Below are positions 35,965 to 44,716 of a DNA stretch of 64,000 nucleotides, piece after piece; the stretch's first letter is position 1, and each line of letters begins with the position of its first letter. The DNA comes from an uncultured delta proteobacterium (GTDB lineage: Bacteria; Myxococcota_A; Polyangia; Polyangiales; Polyangiaceae). The stretch spans positions 128,001 to 192,000 of the forward strand of contig CAWJCS010000005.1 in assembly GCA_963841435.1 (NCBI GenBank), read 5' to 3'. The notes beneath the pieces are model-generated. The model worked only from the letters and a program-made list of their open reading frames with translations. It was not told the origin of the DNA and ran no database searches. A program made the translations under genes and the position numbers.

Positions 35965-37802
35965 CCGAAGACGAGCTCCGGGCCCTCTACGAAGGCAGGC
36001 GGCGCGGCGCGCAGGCGGACGCGGATCGACTCGAAGCGCTGTCGAATCGGGTCTCGAACCTCCGGGGCCTCGCGTTCGCGCTCGGCGCCGGCGCAGGCCT
36101 GTCGCTCGTGCTCGGCAAGTTCCTGGGTCCGGCGAGCGCGCTCGCCGGGATCGGCCTCGTGGCGTTCGTCGTGCTCATCGTCTGGCATGGTCGCGTCATC
36201 GAGCGCGAGAGCGAGGCGCGCCGTCGAACGGCCGTCAACATAGACGCGCTCTTGCGCATCGGGCCACGCTTTCGCGAGCTGCCTCAGGACGGCAAGCGCT
36301 TCGCGGGCCAGGAGCACCCCTACGCCGACGACTTGGATCTCTTCGGGCCGGGCTCGCTGTTCCAGCGACTGAGCGTTGCCCACACGCGCTTCGGGGAGGA
36401 CGCGCTCGCGCGCCTCTTGCGCGATCCTGCCAAGCCTCACGAGGTCGAGCTGCGCCAGCAGGCGGTGCGCGCGCTCGGCCCCGACCTCGATCTTCGTCAG
36501 CGCTTCGAGACGCTCTCGTTCGCTCTCCAGGCGGGCACCGACAGGCGGGGCGAGGCGCGCCGAGCGGTGCCCGACCCCGCACCGCTCATCGAGTGGGCGC
36601 GGGCGAAGCGGGGAGTGCTCGACGACCCCTTTCTACGGCAGGGCGCGCGCATCCTGCCGCCGCTGACGCTGATTGCGCTGGTTGCCTGGAGCCGTGGCGC
36701 AAGCCCCCTTTACTTTCTCACCGTCCTCGTCGTGCAGGCGTATCTCCTCCTGCGCGGCGGCGCGGACTCGACGCGCGCCTTTTCGGCCTGCTCGGCTACC
36801 GAGGGCGCTTTCCGAAGCTACGGCCCGATGCTGGAGCTCGTCGAGGGCTTCGGTGACGACGTCCCGCTGCTCGCCGAGCTCCGCACGCGGCTCACGAAGA
36901 GCGGCGAAAAGCCTTCCCACGCGATGACACGCCTCGAGCGGATCCTCGGCTGGTTCGAGCTTCGCCACAACGGCCTCGTCTACCCGCTCGTGAACCTTCT
37001 GACGCTGTGGGATCTGCATTGCACGGTGGCGCTCGAAAAGTGGCGTCGAAAGACGGCGGCCACGCTCGAGGACTGGTTCGCGGTGCTTGGCGAGGTCGAG
37101 GCGCTGTCGTCGCTCGCGGGGCTCCACCACGACGAGCCCGCCTGCTCGTTCCCGGAGCTCGCCGAAGACGGGCCGCCGTTCGTCGCCGAGGGACTCAGCC
37201 ACTTGCTCATCGAGCGGAGCAAGCGCCGCGAAAACAACGTCGTGCTCGAGACAGCGGGCACCGCGCTGCTCGTCACGGGCTCCAACATGTCGGGCAAGAG
37301 CACGCTGCTCCGAGCCATGGGCGTCGCCACCGTGCTCGCGTTCGCGGGCGCGCCGGTGTGCGCGCGGCGCCTGCGCCTGAGCCCACTCGTCTTGCGCACG
37401 AGCATCCGCGTGAGCGATTCGCTCGAGCGCGGAGTGAGTCACTTCTACGCCGAGGTGAAGAAGCTCAAGGGTGTGGTCGACGCCACGAGCGGCGGCGGGC
37501 GCGTGCTGTTTTTACTCGACGAAATCCTGCACGGTACGAACTCTCGAGAACGCCAGATCGGCGCGCGCTGGGTGCTCGCCGAGTTGCTCGGACGGGGCGC
37601 CGTGGGCGCCGTCTCCACGCACGACGAGGAGCTCTGCCGGCTGAGCCCCGAGCTCATGTCGCGCGTCAAGCTCGTCCACTTCCGTGAGACGGTCGAAAAC
37701 GGCGAGATGACCTTCGATTTCCGCCTCCGCGAAGGCCCCGTTCAGGGCGGCAACGCCCTGCGCGTCATGCGCCTCGCCGGTCTAGCCGTACCGCTCGAGT
37801 GA
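35961..37802 (+). CDS. Membrane-associated MutS-related ATPase (domain V only)
   Basis: TM helices, HPYADDLDLFG, TGSNMSGKSTLLR, SHFYAE, LLDEILHGTNS, STHD. Confidence 0.88.
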   Translation: MTEDELRALYEGRRRGAQADADRLEALSNRVSNLRGLAFALGAGAGLSLVLGKFLGPASALAGIGLVAFVVLIVWHGRVIERESEARRRTAVNIDALLRIGPRFRELPQDGKRFAGQEHPYADDLDLFGPGSLFQRLSVAHTRFGEDALARLLRDPAKPHEVELRQQAVRALGPDLDLRQRFETLSFALQAGTDRRGEARRAVPDPAPLIEWARAKRGVLDDPFLRQGARILPPLTLIALVAWSRGASPLYFLTVLVVQAYLLLRGGADSTRAFSACSATEGAFRSYGPMLELVEGFGDDVPLLAELRTRLTKSGEKPSHAMTRLERILGWFELRHNGLVYPLVNLLTLWDLHCTVALEKWRRKTAATLEDWFAVLGEVEALSSLAGLHHDEPACSFPELAEDGPPFVAEGLSHLLIERSKRRENNVVLETAGTALLVTGSNMSGKSTLLRAMGVATVLAFAGAPVCARRLRLSPLVLRTSIRVSDSLERGVSHFYAEVKKLKGVVDATSGGGRVLFLLDEILHGTNSRERQIGARWVLAELLGRGAVGAVSTHDEELCRLSPELMSRVKLVHFRETVENGEMTFDFRLREGPVQGGNALRVMRLAGLAVPLE

Positions 37803-37897
37803 GCCACGCGCCCTCGCGGCGAGCGACCTGCCTCCCCTGACCGCAACGGGACCTCGAAGAAAAGTCGCGCTTCCAAGACCGCCCACCTCGAGAGTAG

Positions 37898-38746
37898 ATG
37901 GACGGCATGCAGCCTCAGGCGAAGGTCGGGGTGATCGGTCTAGGCATCATCGGCACGGTCTTTGCGAGCCACTACGAGCGCGAGGGCGTGCTCGGCGCGA
38001 CGTACAACCGCACCCCCAAGGTAGGCGCGCCGCGCGGCGTCGCGACCCCTGATGCGGTCGCCGCTGCAGCGAGCGTTCTGCACGTCGTCGTCTCGGGTCC
38101 GGGCGCCGTCAACGAGGTGCTCGAGCGCATCGAGCCCGCGCTCGACGCCACGAAGCTCGTCGTGCAATCGAGCACGATCGACCCGGGGAGCGCCCAGCGC
38201 TTCGCGGAGCGCGTGCGCGCGCGGGGCGCACGCTACGTGGAGGCGCCCTTCATGGGGAGCCAGCCCGCGGCCGAGGCGAAAAAGGTAGTGTTTCTGCTGG
38301 GGGGCGACCCCGTGGACCTCGACGCTGTCAACCCCTGGCTCGCGCGGCTCTCGGGGGAACGAAGGCGCGTCGGCAGCGTTCCGGACGCCGCAGCGCTCAA
38401 GCTCTCGTACAACGTGCTCGTGGGCATCACCATGCAGGGCATCTGCGAGAGCCTCGCGAGCGCGCGCCGCGCCGGCATCCCCGACGCGGTGTACTTCGAT
38501 TCGCTGCGCGGCTCGGCCCTCTGGTCGGGCCTCGCGGCCATCAAAGAGCCGAAGCTCAGGACGAGCGACTTCGCGCCGCAGTTCTCGGTCAGACACCTGC
38601 ACAAGGACCTGCTCCTCGCGGGTGACATGACGGGCTCCGGCAGGCTGCCGCTCGCGGAGGTCGTGCGGGACCGCCTTGCCGAGATGGAGGCCGACGGCGC
38701 CGCGGACCTGGACATGTGCGCGCTGATCCACGACCTTTTGCCATGA
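37898..38746 (+). CDS. Beta-hydroxyacid dehydrogenase family protein
   Basis: IGLGIIG, YNRT, SSTIDP, EAPFMGS, FAPQFS..HLHKDL. Confidence 0.85.
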   Translation: MDGMQPQAKVGVIGLGIIGTVFASHYEREGVLGATYNRTPKVGAPRGVATPDAVAAAASVLHVVVSGPGAVNEVLERIEPALDATKLVVQSSTIDPGSAQRFAERVRARGARYVEAPFMGSQPAAEAKKVVFLLGGDPVDLDAVNPWLARLSGERRRVGSVPDAAALKLSYNVLVGITMQGICESLASARRAGIPDAVYFDSLRGSALWSGLAAIKEPKLRTSDFAPQFSVRHLHKDLLLAGDMTGSGRLPLAEVVRDRLAEMEADGAADLDMCALIHDLLP

Positions 38747-39249
38747 CCCTCACGGCGGCCGAGCTGATCCAGACGCTCGGGCTCGAGGCCCACCCCGAGG
38801 GAGGCCACTTCGGCGAGACCTTCCGCGCGCCGCCGCTGCCGTTCGAGTTGCCGGGCCGCGGGGCGCGAGCGGCGTCGACGGCCATCTACTTTCTACTCGA
38901 GGCGGGAGAGTTCTCGGCGTTTCACCGCGTTCGCTCGGTCGAGGTCTGGCACCACTACCTCGGGTCGCCGCTCGAGCTCCACACCCTCGACGAGCGCTCC
39001 GGCCACCTGGTCACTCGCCTCGGCCCGAACGTCGCCTCGGGCGAGAGGCCTCAGGCCGTGGTTCCCGCCGATGTGCTCCAAGCAGCGCGCCTCACGGGCA
39101 AGGGCTTCGCGCTCTGCGGCTGTACGGTCGCACCCGGTTTCGACTTCGCGGATTTCGAGCTGCCCGAGCGAAGCACGCTCGTTCGGCGTTTCCCGGAGCA
39201 AGAGCGCCTGATTGCGTCGCTCACGCGGGGCCAAGCAGCGCGGAGGTGA
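38743..39249 (+). CDS. Cupin_5 (DUF985) protein
   Basis: HPEGGHF, STAIYFLL, FHRVRS.EVWHHY, GCTVAPGFDFADF. Confidence 0.9.
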   Translation: MTLTAAELIQTLGLEAHPEGGHFGETFRAPPLPFELPGRGARAASTAIYFLLEAGEFSAFHRVRSVEVWHHYLGSPLELHTLDERSGHLVTRLGPNVASGERPQAVVPADVLQAARLTGKGFALCGCTVAPGFDFADFELPERSTLVRRFPEQERLIASLTRGQAARR

Positions 39250-39680
39250 GCGCGGAGGCTAGCGCCGGCGAGCGTTCGGGTGGGCCGTCGGCAAAGGACG
39301 CCCCCACCAAGGGGCATGCCGAACCACGCCGAACGTCGCCCACTTGCCCAGTCGAGCCGCCGGGCCCATCCTCGCACATCCGTCGCCTCGAAAACACAAA
39401 CGGTGGACCCCTCCCGCCACACATCGGTGGGGCCCAAAAGAGCCGTTCCGTCCCGGTTCGAGACGCTCCCGCTCACGGGCTCGAAGCTCGGTCACGAATG
39501 ACGCGCCCCGACGCTGACTCTGGGCTCCGAAAAAACGAGCCAAGTCGAGTGCGCCCGAGCGGCTCGAAACCGGAAGGACAAAGCGCCCGACTTGTGAAGG
39601 GAGTCCTGAAGGGAGTTGAAGGAGAGACCCCCAGACAAGGCCGACAAGGCCGGGAAAATTCCACCCAATAATTGTTCGTC

Positions 39681-39710
39681 TTGACTGAAATTACGCGGAC
39701 TTGCTATCTT
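39681..39710 (+). promoter_or_regulatory. Sigma70-like promoter for the GGDEF operon
   Basis: TTGACT-N18-TATCTT with extended TG, in an AT-rich patch 85 bp upstream of the GTG start. Confidence 0.5.
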
Positions 39711-39794
39711 GTGAGGTTGGCCATGTGCAGTGAGAATGCGCCGCCGGCCACTCCGGCCCCGGGTGGGCAGCGTGGCAGCGGCAGGGCGTGAGCG

Positions 39795-40688
39795 GTGAGC
39801 GAAAACGACGAGAAGACACGCGTCACGCAGGTGGTGCAGGCCCCGCCGCCCGATCAGCCGGCTGGAAACGACTGCGTCGTCGTGATTTACGCCGCGGAGG
39901 CGGGTCTGCTCGGCAAGCGTTTCGTGCTCGACAAGAGCCCGCTGCGCGTGGGCCGTGGGGGTGACAACGCCATCGTGCTCGACGGCGACTCGGTGTCACG
40001 GCGGCACGCGCACTTCGAGCGGCGGGGCGGCGCGTGGCACATCGTCGACAACGGTTCCACGAACGGTACGTTCCTGAACGAGGAACAGGTGCGGGGCGAA
40101 GCGCCGCTCGCCAACGGCGATCGCGTGAAAATCGGCCCGAGCATCCTCAAGTACCTGTCGGGGCTCGATGCCGAGGCAAAGTACCACGAAGAGATCTATC
40201 GCATGACGATCGTGGATGGCCTCACGCAGATCCACAACAAGCGCTACCTCTTCGAGGCCCTCGACCGCGAGCTCATCCGCGCGCGTCGCTACGATCGCCA
40301 GCTCTCTCTTCTGATCTTCGACATCGACTACTTCAAGAACATCAACGATCAGTACGGACACCTCGCAGGCGACCACGTGCTCCGGGAGCTCGCGCGCATC
40401 GTGCAGGAACGCATCCGACGCGACGAGGTGTTCGCCCGCTACGGCGGCGAGGAGTTCGTGGTCGTGCTACCGGAAACGCCCTTGCCGGGCGGCGTGGCGC
40501 TTGCGGAAAATGTGCGCGCACGCGTCGAAACGCACGGCTTCGCATTCCAGGGGGAACGCATCCCCGTGACGATTAGCGTCGGCTGCGCCATGCTCGGTGA
40601 CGAGAAGACCGCAGTCGAGCTCATCCAGCGTGCCGACGACAAGCTCTACGAAGCCAAACGCGGCGGACGCAACCGCGTCTGCTCCTAG
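39795..40688 (+). CDS. FHA-GGDEF diguanylate cyclase
   Basis: GR, VSRRH, STNGT FHA motifs; DGLT, DIDYFK.IND.YGH..GD, RYGGEEF. Confidence 0.93.
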   Translation: MSENDEKTRVTQVVQAPPPDQPAGNDCVVVIYAAEAGLLGKRFVLDKSPLRVGRGGDNAIVLDGDSVSRRHAHFERRGGAWHIVDNGSTNGTFLNEEQVRGEAPLANGDRVKIGPSILKYLSGLDAEAKYHEEIYRMTIVDGLTQIHNKRYLFEALDRELIRARRYDRQLSLLIFDIDYFKNINDQYGHLAGDHVLRELARIVQERIRRDEVFARYGGEEFVVVLPETPLPGGVALAENVRARVETHGFAFQGERIPVTISVGCAMLGDEKTAVELIQRADDKLYEAKRGGRNRVCS

Positions 40689-40695
40689 CGCGCCC

Positions 40696-42003
40696 GTGCC
40701 CACCCCGGCCCCAGAAGGGCGCGGCCAGGAGCCGCCGCTCGTCGTCACGCGCCCGCCCGGTCAGCACTCGCGCAGCTTCATGGTGCGGCACGCTCACGCC
40801 ACGGCCCCGATGGGCCCGGGGGGCCATCCGAGCACCATCGTCTACGCCACGGCCGAGGGCGCCAACGTCACCTGCGTCAACGGCAACCGCTACGTCAATC
40901 TCGCGGGCGGATTCGGGGCCGCGCTCGTGGGCCACCGCCACCCGAGCGTGCTCCGCGCCATCGAGCTCCAATCCGCGCGCCTGTTGCACGCGCTCGGCGA
41001 CCTCTACCCCTCGGACGCGAAAGTGGGCCTCGTCGAGCGGCTTTCCAGGCTTCACCCCAGCGAGGGCGCCCAGGTGATCCTCGGTCAGTCCGGCTCGGAC
41101 GCCGTCACGATCGCGCTGAAGACGGCCTGCCTCGCGACGGGCCGTCCCGGGGTCGTGGCGTTCGGCGAGGGGTATCACGGGCTCGGCTACGGGCCGCTCG
41201 CGGTCTCGGGCTTTCGGCCGAGCTATCGCGAGCCCTTCCGCGAGCAGCTGAACGCCCACGTTTGGTTCGTGCCCTACCCCGCGACGGACGAAGAGCTCGG
41301 ACCGGCGCTCGAAGCGGTGCGCACGGCGCTCGCCACGGGAACGGTCGGCGCGATCCTCGTCGAGCCCGTGCTCGGCCGCGGCGGTGTGATCGAGCCACCT
41401 GCGGCGTTTCTGCCGCAGCTCTTGGAGCTCGCGCGTGAAACAGGGGCGCTGTTCGTGACCGACGAGATCTGGACCGGCCTCGGACGGGCGGGAAGCCTTT
41501 TGGCGGCCGGTGTCGTGCCGGATCTCGTTTGCCTCGGCAAGGGCCTGGGCGGCGGCTTGCCGATCAGCGCGGTGCTCGGCCGGCGCGACGTGATGGCGGC
41601 ATGGCGGCGCCCCGACGAGGTCGTGCACACCTCGACGTTCGCGGGTGCGCCGCTAGCGGCGGCGGCCGCGCTCGCGACGCTCGACGTGCTCAGCCGCGCG
41701 GGTTTGCCCGAGCGCGCGGCGCGGGTCGGGGCGACCTTTCGAGACGGGCTCACGAGCGCTCTCGCCCCATTTCCGGACGTCCGCGTGCGGGGCCGCGGGC
41801 TCATGCTGGGCGTCGAGATCGAGGGGCGGCCGGGCGCCGCGAGGCGCGCCCTAGTTTCGCTGCTCGAGCGCGGCTTCCTCGCGACGACCGGCGGCGCGAC
41901 GCGCGAGACGCTCGTCTTCACGCCACCGCTGACGATTGCGGAAGCTTTGCTAGCCCTCGCGACGACGGCCGTGCGAGAAGCCGTGCAGGAAGCCATTCGA
42001 TGA
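40696..42003 (+). CDS. Class III PLP aminotransferase (start uncertain)
   Basis: SGSDAV..ALK, YHG, EPVLGRGG, DEIWTGLGR, GKGLGGG (PLP Lys), STFAG. Confidence 0.9.
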   Translation: MPTPAPEGRGQEPPLVVTRPPGQHSRSFMVRHAHATAPMGPGGHPSTIVYATAEGANVTCVNGNRYVNLAGGFGAALVGHRHPSVLRAIELQSARLLHALGDLYPSDAKVGLVERLSRLHPSEGAQVILGQSGSDAVTIALKTACLATGRPGVVAFGEGYHGLGYGPLAVSGFRPSYREPFREQLNAHVWFVPYPATDEELGPALEAVRTALATGTVGAILVEPVLGRGGVIEPPAAFLPQLLELARETGALFVTDEIWTGLGRAGSLLAAGVVPDLVCLGKGLGGGLPISAVLGRRDVMAAWRRPDEVVHTSTFAGAPLAAAAALATLDVLSRAGLPERAARVGATFRDGLTSALAPFPDVRVRGRGLMLGVEIEGRPGAARRALVSLLERGFLATTGGATRETLVFTPPLTIAEALLALATTAVREAVQEAIR

Positions 42004-43106
42004 CGTTCACCGTGGAGTCGGACAACCTGCACCGGCGCGTACGTCGCTTCGCGCGCGGCGAGGGCACTGACGACTTCGATACGCTCGCGCTCGAGATTGC
42101 GCGCTACCAGGCGCGACGCTCGCCGCGCTACGCGAAGCTCGTCGCGAGCCGCGGCTCGACGCTCGACGCGGCATCGAGCATCGTCGCGGTCCCCTCCGAT
42201 GCTTTCCGGCTCGCGCGAGTCGCCGTTCACCCCGAGTCCGAGGACATGGCCCGTTTCGAGACGAGCGGCACGACGGGCAGCGCGAGGGGCGTCCACGCGT
42301 TTCGCTCGCTCGAGACCTACCGCGAGCTCGCTCTCGCCTACGGCGAGCAGGCACTGCTCGGCGCGCGACGCGGGCCACGCGTCGTCGTCAGCCTCTCGCC
42401 CGCGCCGAGCGTTCCGCAGCGCTCGTCGCTCGGCTTCATGGCGGAGCTGTTCCAGGCTCGCTGGGACGGGCGCTCGCTCGGCGGGGGCCCATTCGCCGCG
42501 CGCGCCGCGGAGCGCTGGCTCGCGGGGCCGGGTGGCATCGACGTGTCCGGCCTCGAGCTGGCGTGTCTCGTCGCCGAACGCCGCCGCGAGCCGTTGCTCG
42601 TGCTCGCGACGGCCTTCGCACTGGTGGCGTTGCTCGACGCGCTCGGCGGTCGCGTGATCCCGGCGCCATCGGACAGCACCATCATGATGACGGGCGGCTT
42701 CAAGGGTCGCTCGCGCGAGGTGGTGCGCGCCGACCTGCGCCGCTCCGTCGCGCAGGCCTTCGGCGTGTCCGAAGCACACGTGGTCACCGAGTACGGCATG
42801 ACGGAGCTCACGAGCCAGCTCTACGAGGGCACGCTGCCCGGAGCGCGACTCGCGGGGGATTCCGACGTGCTTTTGCCGCCACCGTGGCTCCGCGTCGAGC
42901 CCGTCGACCCCGCGACGCTCGAGCCGGTGGCACCCGGCTCGGTCGGCATCGCGCGCTTCGTCGATCTCGGCAACGTGGACTCGGCCGTCGCGGTCCAGAC
43001 CGACGACCTGGTGCGAAACGCAGGGGTGGGCATCGAGCTCTTCGGCCGGCGCCCCGGCGCGCCGGCACGCGGCTGCTCGCTTGCGCTGGAGGCGCTCGTC
43101 GGGTGA
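42000..43106 (+). CDS. LuxE-like acyl-protein synthetase
   Basis: FETSGTTG, TGGFKGR, EYGMTELTSQLY, VQTDDL, C-terminal GR....RGCSL. Confidence 0.85.
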   Translation: MTFTVESDNLHRRVRRFARGEGTDDFDTLALEIARYQARRSPRYAKLVASRGSTLDAASSIVAVPSDAFRLARVAVHPESEDMARFETSGTTGSARGVHAFRSLETYRELALAYGEQALLGARRGPRVVVSLSPAPSVPQRSSLGFMAELFQARWDGRSLGGGPFAARAAERWLAGPGGIDVSGLELACLVAERRREPLLVLATAFALVALLDALGGRVIPAPSDSTIMMTGGFKGRSREVVRADLRRSVAQAFGVSEAHVVTEYGMTELTSQLYEGTLPGARLAGDSDVLLPPPWLRVEPVDPATLEPVAPGSVGIARFVDLGNVDSAVAVQTDDLVRNAGVGIELFGRRPGAPARGCSLALEALVG

Positions 43107-44146
43107 GCGCGCGCGCAGAGGCACGGCGCCGTGTCGAACGTCTCGTCGAGGCCGCTCGGCTGATCGCAACACCCGGGAGCGGCCTCGGGCAACGCGCCCG
43201 GCGCGAGCTTCCGGAAACGACGGGGCTTTCCGCCCAGGGCGTCGAGCTTGCGCTCACCGAGTGCCTCGAGAGCGAGCCGACCGAGCAGGAGCTCGACGAG
43301 CTCGTCGGCGCGGCGGCCCCGGCGCGACGCGCGCACGTGCTCTTGCCCGCGAACGTTTTCGTTGCCGCACACCGGGCCATCGCGCTCGCGCTCGCGGCGT
43401 CACCGGAAGTGTTCGTGCGACCTTCGCGTCGGGAGCCGTGCTTCGCGCGTCTACTCGCCGAGGGCGCCCCCGGATTGTTCCAAATCGTGGACAACCTCAA
43501 GCCAGAGCCCGGCGACACGCTGCATGCCTACGGGACCGAGCAGACTCTCGAAAGCGTTCGCCGGGAGCTTGTTCTGGGCGTCCACCTCGAGGCGCACGGA
43601 CCCGGGCACGGCGTCGCCGTGGTCGAGCAGGAGCGCGCCACGCTCGGCGCCGCACGAGCCATTGCTCGTGACATCGTGCCGTTCGACCAGCGCGGCTGCC
43701 TGAGCCCACGCGTCGCGCTGTTCGTCGGTACCGTGGATGCCGCGCGTACGTTCGCCCAGGCCGTTGCCGGTGCGCTCGCCGAGCTCGAGGCGCGCGTTCC
43801 ACTCGGGCGGCTCGACGCCGAAGAGCGCGCCGAAATCGCGCGTTTTCGCGACACGTTCGCCTACGCGGGCGAGCTTTTTCCGGCGGGCTCGGGCTGGGTC
43901 GCCATCGGGCCCGAGCGCGCGCCCCGTGTCGCACCGGACGGACGCAATCTGTTGATCCTACCGAGCGCCGACCCCGTCCGAACCCTCGCTGGCTCGGCGC
44001 CCGAAGTGACGGCGCTCGGTCTCGCCGCCGGACAGAAGCACGAGGCCTCGCTCGCGGCGACGCTACCCCGCGCGCGATACTCCGCGCTCGGCGCGATGCA
44101 GCGGCCGCGCTTCGACGGACCCGCCGACCGGCGCGGCATGGCCTGA
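43103..44146 (+). CDS. LuxC-like acyl-CoA/acyl-protein reductase
   Basis: HVLLPANV, RPSRRE, AYGT, HGPGHG, FDQRGCLSP (catalytic Cys), LGAMQRP. Confidence 0.8.
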   Translation: MSARAEARRRVERLVEAARLIATPGSGLGQRARRELPETTGLSAQGVELALTECLESEPTEQELDELVGAAAPARRAHVLLPANVFVAAHRAIALALAASPEVFVRPSRREPCFARLLAEGAPGLFQIVDNLKPEPGDTLHAYGTEQTLESVRRELVLGVHLEAHGPGHGVAVVEQERATLGAARAIARDIVPFDQRGCLSPRVALFVGTVDAARTFAQAVAGALAELEARVPLGRLDAEERAEIARFRDTFAYAGELFPAGSGWVAIGPERAPRVAPDGRNLLILPSADPVRTLAGSAPEVTALGLAAGQKHEASLAATLPRARYSALGAMQRPRFDGPADRRGMA

Positions 44147-44161
44147 CTCGCCCTTCTCCCC

Positions 44162-44187
44162 GCCGCGCGGGGAAACGCCCGCGCGGC
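44162..44187. terminator. GC-rich hairpin between convergent genes
   Basis: Perfect 10-bp stem gccgcgcggg-gaaacg-cccgcgcggc; no U tract. Confidence 0.5.
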
Positions 44188-44570
44188 TACTTGCCGGCGA
44201 GCTTCTTGGCGCGCTCCTTGGCCGTCTCGACGATGTGCTTGGTGTCGGCGTCGGAAAACTCGAGGTGCTCCGCGAGCGACTTCAAGAGCTTCGCCTCGGC
44301 CGGCGTCTGCTTGCCGTCGGCGTGCGTGAGAAGCGCCGCGTGCGAAAGTAGGATCTCCCGGCCCTCGGCGTCGAGCGCCTTGGCGACGATGTCACCCTTG
44401 ATGGTGCGCTTCTTCTTGGCAAACTCGCGGATTTCCGCCTCTTCCTCGTCGCTCGCGCCGAATGCCCAGAGCAGGCTGTCGATCATGCCGGACTCGGGCT
44501 CCGCGAGAGACCCGTCCGCCCACGCCACGGCCACCAGCGACTTCACGATCGTCTTCTCGACAGGGGTCAT
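44187..44570 (-). CDS. TerB-like protein
   Basis: VAWADG....E and LTHADG....E duplicated motif. Confidence 0.8.
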   Translation of the reverse strand: MTPVEKTIVKSLVAVAWADGSLAEPESGMIDSLLWAFGASDEEEAEIREFAKKKRTIKGDIVAKALDAEGREILLSHAALLTHADGKQTPAEAKLLKSLAEHLEFSDADTKHIVETAKERAKKLAGK

Positions 44571-44716
44571 CCAACCGATGGTACCAGAAGCCGTTCACGC
44601 GGAGCCACGCCGCCCCGGGGCCCGTAAAACGCCGGGCGCGGGGGCGAAGCCCCCCGCCTGAAGGCCCGGTCAGGAGCGGCGCGAGCAGGCAAAACGCGGC
44701 CGGCGCCACTTCGACG

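Noticed and set aside
39561-39590. SRP RNA-like CCGGAAGG motif
   Set aside because: Flanking CAGG and AGCA signature and pairing are absent
39246-39671. 141-aa ORF
   Set aside because: Low-complexity sequence, atypical codon usage and no recognisable motif
42000-44146. Bioluminescence operon
   Set aside because: No luxA, luxB or luxD in the window
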